Positions 25,648 through 40,108 of a stretch of 64,000 bases of DNA are shown here, one piece after another. The notes under the pieces were generated by a model that searched no databases, was not told where the DNA came from, and saw only the letters and a program-made list of their open reading frames with translations. Both the position numbers and the translations under genes were made by a program. Origin of the DNA: Chrysomallon squamiferum (Eukaryota > Animalia > Mollusca); assembly GCA_012295275.1 (NCBI GenBank), contig CM022667.1, positions 558,001-622,000 of the forward strand. Direction: 5' to 3'. Positions within the stretch are counted from its first letter, which is position 1, and each line of letters opens with the position of its first letter.

Positions 25648-28600
25648 TGATAAATACAGATACAGAGATATAGCACTTGACAATATCTACTTGCTAAATT
25701 CACTGTATTAGTCAAGATATAAAATTATAAACTTACCTTTCACTCCTAAATGACAGACACAACATTGTAAAGCTACGTAGGTACAGTTCTGACATTCTGG
25801 ATCTTTAACTTCATGAGAACATCTATGGCAATAAACTGCAAAATCTGAAATAATAAATATGAGTAAAAATAGTTTTATAGCAAATTAAAATTTTGTATCA
25901 GTAATCATTTTAAACCATTTTACTTGTCTGGTTATTCACTGGCAACTATTCTTTAGTAATAGTAGTTAAATATGACAGGTAAAAAAAAAAAAACAACAAA
26001 ATCATTTGAAGATTAACGAAAACTTATTAATCCTCGGTCTGTTACGGGTCTTTTTCTCTTTAATTTTTTTTTTCTTCAGTTATGAAACAAAGGAACATAT
26101 CAACTAAATATTATTTTATAGTCATACTTTATTACTAGCAAAGAATGGTTACAAATTTAAAAAAAAAAAAAAAAAAAAAACCCAGAAAAACCCTCTATCA
26201 AAAACATAAAACATAGCCATTCATTGACAAAGCACTTTAAATATTACTTGTAATGACTTACCTCTATGCCTTTTGTGAGTGTTTGTAACATATTTATGAG
26301 TATTGTAACATACCTATGCCTCTGTGAGGGTCAGGAACACTAGACATGAATTTGAGGATGTGTGCTGACTTGTTGGGTAGACCCCAGCAGTACAGCAAAT
26401 TAGCATACACCTTTTTGAATGAGTCATGTTGTGTACTGAAGGCTGGATCCAACATTCTGACAGAAAAAGTAAAATACTGAGAAATCAAGTAGCAGTTTAG
26501 ATATGAAAATAATTTACCCGTTTTAAATACATAAATAAATATTTGCATACACTTATACAGTATACATGCCACAAACAAATGTTGGTTACCCACAAAAAAA
26601 AAGAAAAAAAAAAAAAAATAAAATTAATAATAATAACAATAAATAAAAATAAATAAAAATTAAAATTAAAATTAAACAAATATTAAGTTAAATTAAATTA
26701 ATTTAAAAAAACCCATTAAAAATAGAAATGAGCTCAAAAGTTCAGAAGCTTTTCAATTTTGATTATTAAAAACTTAAAATACAATTCTAGCAGTTAAAAT
26801 TTTAAAAGGAAATAAGCTATATGAGTATATTTGCTATCAATGAACTAATGTTCAGAAAATGTATTTTTTCATTTTTTTTTTTTTGTTTGTGTGGTTGTCA
26901 GTTATAAAATAAAATAATACATGATACCAGGAAGTAATAACAGATTGTAACGAGTGCTATATTATCCCAAGTAATCACAAAAACAAATCTCTAAATCCAT
27001 TGAAAACTATCATCTGACAGGAAATAGCAACATAACTGATTAATTATTGATGCAATCATTTTAGCAACATTAACATCACGACATTCATTCCTTTGTTCGT
27101 TCATCCATTCTCTCATGCCTTCCCATTTTCATTCATCCATCCATCTGTCTGAAGGTCTCTCTGTTTACCTGCACTGAAGTTTGTGCATTTCGCGTTCTTT
27201 CTCTGCGGCTCGTTCTGCTGGATCCTTCTCCTCGCAGATCTGATAATCGTTGTCGTAACTCTCAGACCAGCTGTTTGACCTCTTGTTCTTCATCACTGCC
27301 ATTGAAAACAAAATCATAAAAACACTTCAAACATCCTTCTTCTTTACCATTCATTTAAAACCAATCAATTCAAAAATTTATTTTGAAACACGTTTTTTTT
27401 TCAAAAGTCATTTAAAAACAATCATTTTTACAAGACGTTTCAACAAGTACTTAATTCTTCAGAAGTCAGTTAAACTAATTAAAGTAAGCTGTGATATAAA
27501 TATCATTTAAAATAATTAAAATAACATCATTAGTTAAGTGTACTTTAAAATAATTAAAATAACATCAATAGTTAAGTGTACTTTAAAATCATTAAAATAA
27601 TTCAACGCTTCAAAACATTAATTTGATATGCCTAATAAAATTCCACCAATTTTTTATTCAAGAAACACTTTAATGGAAAGTTTGTCAAAATATGTGAAAC
27701 ATTATTATAAAAATAATATCTATGAAATTATAAAATACAATTTGCATATTACCCATTGTTTACTTTGTTTACCAAAAAAAAATTAATTAACTTCAACAAA
27801 AATAATTAATTTCAACAGAAATTAAAATTGAAACTCATTCAAATTTATTATTTTACAAAATTACAAATATTGATAAAATATTATTTGCTTCAAAAATTCT
27901 TCTCAAACTAAAAACTGTATGATTTTATGTTGTGATTAATCAGAATAATGAATAAACTTAATAAATTATAAATTATAAATTATAAATAGATTTCACTCAG
28001 TCACAAATTAGTAATACTACAGATAGCCATTACCAACACAGGCAACAGAACCATAAGCAATATACATTATTAATAAAATTAATATTCTATTGTTTATTAT
28101 ACAAGCATATATAATAATAAATACGTAAAAAACAGCTTTCAGTTAATATGGTAACTTTTAATATTAGTAAAAGCTAACTGCAATTTAAAAATAATTTAAC
28201 AGTTTAAAATAATAATAATAATAATAAAAAAAATAATAATAAAAATAAAATAAAAAATCTTTAATGGTCAGACATTGTTTTATTACAAAATTTGAAAGCT
28301 GTTTTTCTTGAAAATCTGCCATAAAATTTTAACAAGAAACACCTAAAATAGTTTTCTCTTTGAAAGTCAGAGGTATCATTTTTTTTTTTTTTAATTTCAT
28401 GAAATTACAGTTTTATTAAATGTTATCATGATGCCTTTAATTTCAAGATTAGAAACAGACAAACTCTTTGAAACAGATTTTCAATTATGATGCAAACTAA
28501 ATGTAAGTATGTAATCAAACTGAATAATTAATCTTTTGAGAATAACAAAATAGTTTCCTCTATAATTAAGATATCATGTCCCATGCAGAGCTGGTTTAGT

Positions 28601-28660
28601 TATTTTATTTAATGTGTTTAAGTAAAAATGTTTAGTTTAAGCTAAATAGAATACTGTACT

Positions 28661-28752
<92 letters not shown>

Positions 28753-31700
28753 TAGTTTATAAACAAAAAAAAGAAAATATTCAAGATGAATATGTACACC
28801 ATTTTTATAGTCTCTTTCATAATTTGTACTAAAATGTTTTATCAACTAAAAAGTTTTATCAGGTAAAAATTTATATTTCAGTAGAAAAATCTGTGTTGAA
28901 ATCATATTCACATTCAAAACAAAAATTGATTTGGAAGTTTGAAAAAGTAACAAATACGATTTTATATTTGTATGAGTTTATATACTTGAAAGTTTCTGTA
29001 AGAACTGTAGGTGCATTAAGTTGATGTAATCTTCAACATCAAACATCATCTGATTCTACCAGCACAATGGAATGCAGCAAAAGTTTATGGACCAAGGTGA
29101 TATTTGAATGATTATTACTTTTTGTAAATATGATTTTACATAAATAAATTATAATGAACAATTTTTAAATGGTTACAAATTTATAATTAGAAATAAAACG
29201 AAAATCTGATTTAATGTATTACCAAATTAAAATGAAAAAAAAAATTATTTTTTTTGTTTTTTTAAATGATGAATTTCAGAAAATACATAAACAAAAAAAA
29301 AAATGATGATTTGTCACATTAGCGGGTGTGAGACAAGATTCATCATTTATGTCAATTATAATACTTTAAGGATTTATAATTAGTAAATGTTGTTTGCTCA
29401 GAAACTTGTATGTATATATTATGTATGTATGTATGTATGTTTTTGCGTGTGTTATTTGTTATTATAGAAAGATGAACATATTTCAAAGTATTTACTTTCT
29501 TTTTTAATTTTTAATGTTTTTTTTGGTATTGTAATTTTTATTTTTTTATTTTTATATTTTTTTAAACCACACCTGTAGTTTTAATGCAAATTATACATTA
29601 ATGAAAATAAAGGGAATAAAAAATGAAAACAAAAATTCCCTGGGTAGAAATTAACAAAGTGTGAACAGTAAAACATCACATAAAAAAACATAACAACAAA
29701 AATAAAAAAATAAATAAAAAAAGAACACTAAAAAACAACAATACGGAAAACAGAAGAATGAATAAAACGACATAAAACTGTTTAAAAGAAGAAGAAGAAG
29801 AAGAAAACAAATTCCAAAATGGCAAAGAGTTGATTGAAGGAAAAGAAAATTCTAAGTCCTGCCTGTTGACTGATGGGAGTTATAAACAAATGAAAATTTA
29901 TGATGATGTGATTTTTCACGTAACAAAATTATGCTATGATGATGTGAAAAAAGGAAATCTTAACAAAAGAACAACCTCAAATTCAGCTTTATTATGACAA
30001 ATCAGAAAGTTCTAATGACAGGTGACAGAATTAATTTCATTTTGAAGTTCTGGTTTATTCAAAAAATAAAGCAGTGAAATAAATGGTCAGTGCTTTGAAT
30101 AAAATGAAGCGAATAATGACAGAAATGAAAAAAAAAAAATCAAATTATAAGATATTTTCTTTTTATTACAGAAAGTTATTATGAACTAGAATTTTTGTAT
30201 TTTTGTTTTGTTAATATTTATTTAATGATTAAGTCACATATTTAAGATGTTTGTAATCAAAGAAAAACTGCCTGAACCCATATGAACTGAACACACACAC
30301 ACACACAAACTCATTCACACACTTTGTGTGCATAATATAATAAAGATATATACTTAAGTATATAATCAGAATACACCAATAAAGCTACATGATAATGTAT
30401 CAACAACAAAAAATATTTCGATAGAATATGATATATTATATAACAAATATAGATACATACATTAGATATGTTACATTTACTCATAAATATATATATTATA
30501 AATAACAAATAACAATATATATTAAATACAACATGTCAACAAGCAGAACTGGGGAAAGTAATATTTAAACTGGTTTGAGAACAGAACCAAAGTTCTACTA
30601 TCAACATGACATACCTTGATGTTTGAAGAGAGCATAAAGGTTGGGGTGTGAGGCTACTTCTGATACAGGCCCCACCCCAGTATTGGCAGAAGCTGAAGGG
30701 TTGTTTTGACCTTCTGGAGGGGGTAGAGTTATGTTAATGAGTGGTGACATACATGAACCAAATACAGTAAACAAATAAACAAAAGAAACGCAGTAAACAA
30801 ATTTAGTGAACAAGTACGGTAAACAAATATGCTTTAAGAAATGCAGTTAACAAATTTAACGAGCAAATATGTTAAATGAAATGATGTAAATAATAAAGGA
30901 GAACACCGAATTAAAACGATTAAAAAGTGCGTGAATTATGATAAAGTATAGATTGTGATATAAATACTTTCAGTTTGAAATGAGTTTTAATTCAGGATCA
31001 GAGTTTTCATCAGTTTCTGACATAAAGATATTTTTAATATCAAAATGATTAAAAATTATAATTAAAAAAAAAAAAATATATATATATTTTTTATTTTAGC
31101 ACAGTTACTTGTTAAAACTAGTTAGAAAAATGAACTGAGTTCTTAACATAGCAAGTTTTCAGTCTTTTATTTAGTTTTATAATTATAAACTTTCAGTTTG
31201 TACTAAATCTTTGAAATGCACATACACACATGCCCACACACAAACACTTGTTTACACAAATAGTGAAAGTCTAAAATGTAGCAATAACAGTTATCACAAA
31301 AAGCTATCTCAGTTTGCTTCTCTTCTAATTTATCTATTTAAAAAGATAATTCTTATATAAACAATAAATATCTCATTCACATTTCACTTGATAAAAACCA
31401 GCATGATGGCTAAAGTGAGATAAACTAAAAAAAACAAAACAACAGAAAACCATCAACAAAACCACAGCCCCCCCCTTAAAAAAAGTCTATAGAACTCAAT
31501 ACAAAACAAAAATACAAAAAATAAATAAATACATAAATAAATACAAACAAATAAAACAATAACTATTTAAAAAACATATTTTAGAAAAAAATAGAAATTA
31601 AAAAAACAAATTTGAAAAAAAAAGAAAAAAGGACTACAGGAGAAGACAAAAATTTTTCAGGTTAAATCTAATTATTTCCTTCAATGAATAAATGTTTGTT

Positions 31701-34102
31701 TAAAAGATTTTTCATGACAGTAATTGTTTTTGACAATGTAATTGCGAGTTTTTCTGATAATTTAATTAATCATTTTGTTAATTAAAAGAACAACAACAAA
31801 AGCAGAAACATAAGTGTGTCTGATTTGTTATGATGAAATTATCAAAAAATGAAAAAGAAAATAAAAATGAAAAAAAAAAAAATTAGTTGTGTTAAATATA
31901 TATGCTTGTTTCTATGGACAAAAATTAAAAAAAAAAAAAAAAAAAAAAAATAGTTCCCAAATGGATTTCAGTCTAATTATAGTTATCTTCCTTGTTTCAA
32001 TTCTTTGATTTTTAACATTTTTCTTCCTTTACTGAAATCAATTTTGTTTCTGCAATTTCTTTCTATTAAATTCTTAAAATTTTTTAAAAATTGCTGAACA
32101 TTAATTATATTAAAAAAACTGTTAATTTATATAAAAAGTTGATGTCATTTAGAAATAACTGATAAATAAATAAATAAATAAATAAAAAATAGAGGCTTCA
32201 GTCTATTAAAGTATTTTAAATATACATAAACAGATCCAATCCCCTAAACATCAGTTTAAAAAAAATAATAATAATAATAAAAAAAGTTATTTCACTTTGA
32301 AACAACCTTTTTAAGAATGTAAACAATATTTAATTTATTATAATTACTCTGATCTAGTTGCTAAAGCATTAATAATAAAACAACAATTAACCAAAAATGT
32401 ATTAGTTATACACATAATATCTATTAAAAAATGAGTCAATGCCAGATAATTATCAAATTTATTATTCATGCCCTTATTATTTTAAAACAACTTTTAATAT
32501 TACTTTATAATAACTGAAATTCTATTCATTCAAAATATAACAAATAAAAATGTTAATAATATTTAATATGTACTTACTACTGTATTATTATAAATTACTA
32601 AAATATAAGTAACTATTTAGTTGTTTATCTCATATATATTTAGATCCATATATAACTTGTTTCAAAATTTTTCATTACTAATGAACAGTTGTCACAAATA
32701 TTCTGAAAATACTTCTTAAACTTCTTAACAAAGATCAACTGTTAACAAATAAAAATAGTCATCTAGAAAATACTATCATCTCTTGACCAATCAAAATCCC
32801 TGACATGAAAAAAAAAAAAAAAAAGCTAAAAAAAATTAAAACAAGAAGAGTGAAATAAAAAAAAAAAAAAATAATAATAAAATAAAATAATAAAATAAAT
32901 AAATACATTTAAAAAAAAAAAAAAAAAATTAATATTCATAAAGGTTTTAAAACAGCTCCAAATACTAAAAATATATAAATCAAGACACCATGGCTGTAAG
33001 CAGAATGCAGAAAATAAAATTATACCATACACAAAACTAGAATAAGGTATGACAAAAGAAGCCTGATAAAGGTACTTCTGATCAATCCTAGGTTGAGATT
33101 TTTTTAAAAAATTAAAAATGAAATAAAAGCAGTGGGTACGAAGACTTACTCGATTTGAAGCTTTTCAGAAGAGAGACGGAGGAAACTGTGTGGTAAGGGT
33201 TGTACTGCGGAAAAGAAGTGCATGAGGTAAACATGGAAAGACAAATACAAGTTTTATAATACAGATATATCAGCTGCTTGTAAAATAAGTAATGTTAGCC
33301 AAACCCACAGGTATAATATTCATATTTACTTGAATATACATACATACATACATATATATATACACACATATATACTCATATACATACACGTATATACATA
33401 CACATACAGGCACACATACATACACATATACATACACGTTTACTTACATACACATATATTTACATATACATACCTAAACACACTTACATATACACATACA
33501 AGCATATTTATATGTACACATACATATAAACATATATAGCAACATACACACAAACAAGCACACACCTTCATAAGATATACATACATATAACACACAGACA
33601 TACAGAGACATACAGACAGACAGAAAGACATGCACACATACAGACATACACATTAAGACCTTACCTTGATAAACTCTTGAATAACATGTGTATATGAAGA
33701 CTCCCTTGAAATTACATACATGTTATTTTCACTCATACTTATATTAACATATGTTCATTAAAAGAAAACAATCAAACACATACACACTCACACATACAAC
33801 TTTAACACATAACAGCAAATTCACACACATGTAAATACACACATCAGACACACACATATATATCCTCTTTCACACCCACATGTATCATATTCACACACGA
33901 CAAACACTCACACACACGTACGCACATACACAAATGTCACTCAAAAAACACACACAGATATACTTATTCACACACACACACACACACACAAATACATAAA
34001 AACACACACACACACACACACACAGATACTTATTCACACACACACACAAATACATATACATAAACACACACACATACACATAAACACACGTGCACATACA
34101 CA

Positions 34103-34154
<52 letters not shown>

Positions 34155-34663
34155 GACACACATATACACACAAACACATCCCCTGCCAGAGACAGCTGTC
34201 CAATATATAATTATTTTTCCATTCTTATAGGAGATAAGGTGTAATGGAAACCTGGGTTAAAGACTACAAGAGGAACTGTGCAACTGTTAATCAAAGCTTT
34301 AATGTCAGAGGTAAGTAATAAACCTTGTTTTTGAAATATTCATGATTTTAACATTTCACTGAAGATATAAATATAAATACACAACTTTGCCCTAGCATCA
34401 AGTTCAAATCTGTTGCTTAATAATGACGTAAAAGAAAATTAATGAAATTTCTGTTAAGTTTTTATGCAGTTATGACAATTACTTTTGTTGTTTTTTTCAT
34501 TAGTTATTTGTATGGGTAAAAATTAGCATTGTAAATAATGTCACAATAATAAAAAATATGATGGGTACACATATGATATACACACACACATATATAAATA
34601 ATATATTGATTTATTTTTTATTTATTAACATTTTGTGGAAAAAAATTATTATAGAAAGAATAC

Positions 34664-34698
<35 letters not shown>

Positions 34699-37251
34699 CA
34701 AAAGAACCAAAAACAATCAATCAAACAAACTATTAGGCAAATACATTCATGTTATTTTCAATTCTAGCTATCTGCATTTTAAACAATATTAAAAGAAGCT
34801 AAGTAAGTGCATTTTACTAAGTAAATGACCAGTGTCTAAACAGTACCCAATGTCTATAAAATGGTGAACTACTGGTAAATATATGCAGTGATGATTATGT
34901 AAGAAAAAAAATAAAAATAAAAAAAGTAATTAACAAAGATAAATAGCATGTCTAACATAGTGTAGTTAGCATAAAGATGGTAACAGCTAGTTTATAGTGT
35001 AGTGAAAATAATTTATTTGTTTTAAAAAACACAAGGAAAATAAAAAAAAATAGTGAGTAGTGAGTGCTATTAGATCAAAAAGAGGATTTTGTTAACTGTG
35101 TAATGGAATGACAAAGGCAATGGTAAGATTATTTAATATACACAAACAGATAAAGTCAAGAAACTGTAAAAAAAAAAAAAAAAAAAAAAAACAAAAAAAA
35201 AAATAAAAAGTGAAAACAAAAATAGACAACCAAAAAAACAACAAATTAGTTATGAAGAATACATAAAGGAAAACACAGTGAAAAAACCCAAACAAGAAAC
35301 AACTAAGCACACTCTAATATTAAACAGATAAACAGATGGACTGTGTAACTGTGTAACTGTGTGAAATGTGTGTATGTGTATGTGTAGTCCTCAGTTTTGA
35401 ACCAGTATTATCATTAGAACTGAACAAACCAGAACATTTTTTTTACATATTTATACAAATTTTAATTTTTATATTTCTTATATAAAAAGAGTTGAAACAA
35501 GGGACATAATCAAGAGTAGATTAATTCTTGCTCACATTACAACTGAAGACTCAAACTGGAATGAAATGCAAAACAACATAACATGCTAAGATGTTAACAT
35601 TATTATTATTATTATCATTTTTTTTAAGAAGAAGAAAAACCATACATCATTAAAAATTACTTCAACCATCCAACTAATAACCTTGACCTTACAATCTATC
35701 AGTCACAAGCAAAGATTACACTTCAAGCAATTTCTACTGCATAAACGATATCGTGACATCCAAAAAAACAAAAGCTTTCGATAAAACTATATGCATGATG
35801 ACAACATCAAACTGAAAACAAAGAACTACTGGTTCACATAACAGACACATTGTACAAATCCAGCAGTGCATCCATCCAATGACAAGTAACAGAAATCCAA
35901 ACTAAGCTGCACACACAAACACAAGAAGCAAAGTGCTGTCACACTGAAATATATATATATTTTTTTATTTATCGTGCATAACTAATCTATACACTAGACA
36001 TTAAAAAAAAGCGCCAAATTTTAAAGTAGAGTTCAAAGAGTTCAAAGAATTTATTCAATATCAGTATTTAATAATTAACTAATCTATACATTATTATATA
36101 TATATATATATAAAAGTGCCAAGTTTTAACATAGAGAGAATTTTTTCCATATCAGCACTTAATAATTATATCTGTAATTATTAACAAAGGCCTTGGATGA
36201 TCAAATTACTGCTAATGCAGTGTATGTTTCTTTGAAATATATAGTTATTTTTCAGAATAAATATTTAACAGTTATATCTGTTATTAATGTAATAATTATA
36301 ACCATGACTGTTAGCTGGTCAAACTGTTGGCTTATAAGATTATTTCATTCTCTTTGATATTTGGTGGTGGAAATATATTGGAAATAATTTATTCTTGTTT
36401 TTTTATCACAATTATTATAAAAGGTAATAGTTTTGACATTAAAATTTTCTTTGATGTCATGTTTTAAGCCATAATATAAGAATGCTGAAGAATGACTTTT
36501 TAACAGACATAATAATGTGCAGAGAATCTTTTCCAGTAACTTTTAACAGACAAATAAATAATGTCAGAGACAATATCATTAATTTTAAGTAGTTTTTAGT
36601 AGTTTGTTCAACAGCAATTTTTGAAATATATATATATATATATAAATATTTATTTATTTATTTTAAACACCACTATTAATAGATTAAAGAACTTTTCAAT
36701 ACAACTTTCTAACAGAAACTTATAAAATTTATTTCAGTAAACTATAACCTACAACAATATATATTTTTTAATAGACAGTTATAGTCTAATTTTCTTCCAA
36801 TTCTTCTTTTAAAAAAGCAAATTTTTCATTTATCATTTTTAAAGCAGAATTATAATAAATAATTTTTAATTGAGAACCACGGACAGACTTTTTGAAATAC
36901 CAGTTTTAAACAGATCATTACAGCACAATTTTGCATACCACTTTAAAATAGAAAAATATAATAGAGATTGTTTCAATATGGAAGGCTGCATTCTGAAGTT
37001 ATATGCAGAAATTAAATTATTATAAGCTTAGGTAATTGTCAAAAGGACAGAAAAAGATGAAAACAGAAGTACTATATTTTATATATTTTTAAAGTCAGTG
37101 ACAAAAATAAAAATAATAATAATGATATGTACTGAAGCAGACTGCAAGTGTTAAAATACTACATACACACCAGACCTCACCATGACTTAAACAGTAACTA
37201 ATTATTGTGATGTAAACCCACACTATGTGTCTGGTAAATAAATAAATAAAT

Positions 37252-37285
<34 letters not shown>

Positions 37286-37642
37286 AAAAAAAAAAAAAAA
37301 TAATAATAATAATAATAAATAAATAAATAGATAAATAAATGAAATAAATAAATGTGGTAAATAAAAAGAATAAATAAGTACATAAAAAATAAGCAAAAAT
37401 ACAATATGAACACTAAATAAATAAAATAAATAAATTAAATAAATAAGAATAAATAAGTACATAAATAATAAGCAAAAACACAATATGAACAGTAAAATAA
37501 TAAATAAATAAATGAATAAAAATAAATAAAAAGAATAAATTGGTACATAAATAAGCAAAAACACAACATGAACAATAAATAAATAAATAAATAAAAAGAA
37601 TAAATAAGTACATAAAAAATAAGCAAAACACAATATGAACAA

Positions 37643-37689
<47 letters not shown>

Positions 37690-38400
37690 ACATCCTAAAA
37701 ATAACCCAAACTACTATCTAAATACAGGTAAGTGATAATTAATTTCTAGGTGAGGTCTGGTTTCAGCAACACAACATCAAAGTAAAAAAAATACAATGCA
37801 CAGTCTTACCCATGTTCTGACGTCCATAACCTAATTAACAAATTAGTTTTAATAAGTTACTATACAAAACAGAACTCTTAACAATTTTACTAATCAGTCT
37901 ATCTATCTGTTTATATCTATATGTGTATATGTGTGTGTATAGTATATACAGGTATGTTTTTAATATTTGTGATAAACAGAGTAGGATGCATTTATGTCAG
38001 TGATGTTAAAGGTCGAACTGAAATTTAATTCAAAACTATGGATTTTTTATTTTTTATTTTTTCTTAATATGCTTTAGTTATAAGTCCATAACTCAAATAT
38101 GGTTTAATTTATTTATAATTCAGGTTAGCAAGACATCAACCTAATAACCTTACGCAATAAAATATCTTTTTAAATCATTTCCAGAATGTTAAATGTATAT
38201 TAGAAAATTATTTTGAATCACGTTATAAACATTAAAAACTATCAGATACCTACTAAAATTTACAAAATTTATTTTAATGAAGGTCTTTGTTTTTATCAAT
38301 CATGATATATATATTTGCTTTTTCTAGAGGTATATTTTGGCTATGCTTTTATCTGTCTTGGTGTATATATGTGTGTGCATGTACGTATTATATATACATG

Positions 38401-38436
<36 letters not shown>

Positions 38437-40059
38437 AACAAGATGGTTGCTAAATAATTATGTTTTCGACTTTCTTTTTAACACATTGATTATCAGCAGT
38501 TATTGAAAGCCGCATTTTATTACAAACTGAAGCTGTAATACACAAATGAGACCATATTTTCAAGCTCTCCATATATTCATGATTATGTTATTAGACAAGC
38601 AATGGATTACTCATCTTTGTAATGCCAAGAACTACATTCTTTTATTTTCTTTTTAACATTGTAACAGATAAATAAAAATAAAAATAATAAAAAATTGAGA
38701 ATAGAAAGAACATGCATTTTTAAGATTTTTTTTTTTAATCTTTGATTAGGAATGTGAAAAGTAATTAAAGAGTTCCAAAAAATAAAATCCGAAAATAGAA
38801 TTAAGTGTAATTCATAAAAAATAAAAAAAATAAAATAAAAATGTCTATCCAGAGAGTAAGAAAATACATAATAATAAAAATATTATTAATTTCATATTAA
38901 TTAATAAATATTCTTGAGGCTGGATAAATTTACAATACATTATTACTATTATCATAAATGAACAGTATTTAATGCAGTAATCTTGACATACAAAGATACG
39001 GTCAATATTTCACTATCTATTAAAAATGTAGCAAATCAAAAGTTGTATAGATCCCAGAATTTCTATCATGTAAATATATTATTATATATCTAGGCTGAGT
39101 AATAATTGCAGTCATTTTAAGGACTGAACTGAAAAAGCTGGTCAAACTAGTTTGCTTTTTATACATGATTGCATTTATTTATTTACTGACCTTCGAAAGA
39201 GTTCTGCTGTAATGGTAGATAACTCTAATGTGAATGTTTTTAATTTTGTTTTAATTATTGTTTTGCAAGATTACAAACAAATTAATAAAAGAGAGAAATG
39301 TCACAAGAAAAGTGAATTTTGTTTTTCTTCTGTAAATTGTGATGGTTCTTATTTAATGCTTAACTTTAACTGTTTTCTACTTGGATTTAACATTTTGAAA
39401 AATTTAAATTTCTTTTTGTTTTAATTTACCACCTCATTATATTCGTCTTTCATTTTTCTTTTTAAACATTTCTCTGATTTGAAAACCCAAGCATTCAGAA
39501 AATTTCCTTGTTTAAAATCATGTTTTATAAATTTATCACATAATTTTATATAAAATCAAAACTTTAATTTACATCTGCAATGATCGCTTATCATTCTTTC
39601 AACAGAGATTTATATGCAAATAAGCAGATGCTATTTAATAACATTACAAAATTATGAAATTATTATTAAGTAAAATACCAAGATGTAAACTGAATGCAGA
39701 GGATAACAAAAAGGACATTGTAAGAAATTCAAAATAAACATGCAGCGAAACAAGAAACATTCTGAAAATAAAAAAAATAAAAAAATAACAAGGACAAAAT
39801 ATTTTGATTTCTTACAATGTCTGATAATATGACATCCCAATTCTTTGCTATTTGTAGATCTGCACAAATATTTGTAATCTGGATAATTAAACTATTATTT
39901 ATTCATCTCTTAATATTTAAAACAGTTGATTTTAGTACATGAAAACATTTAGCCTAACAAAATAAAGGGGGATTCAAAAAAAAATTCTTAATTTGCCTAT
40001 GAACTAAAATGATCTCCAATAATGAAAATAATAATTAAAAGGATAACAAAACCAACACC

Positions 40060-40108
<49 letters not shown>

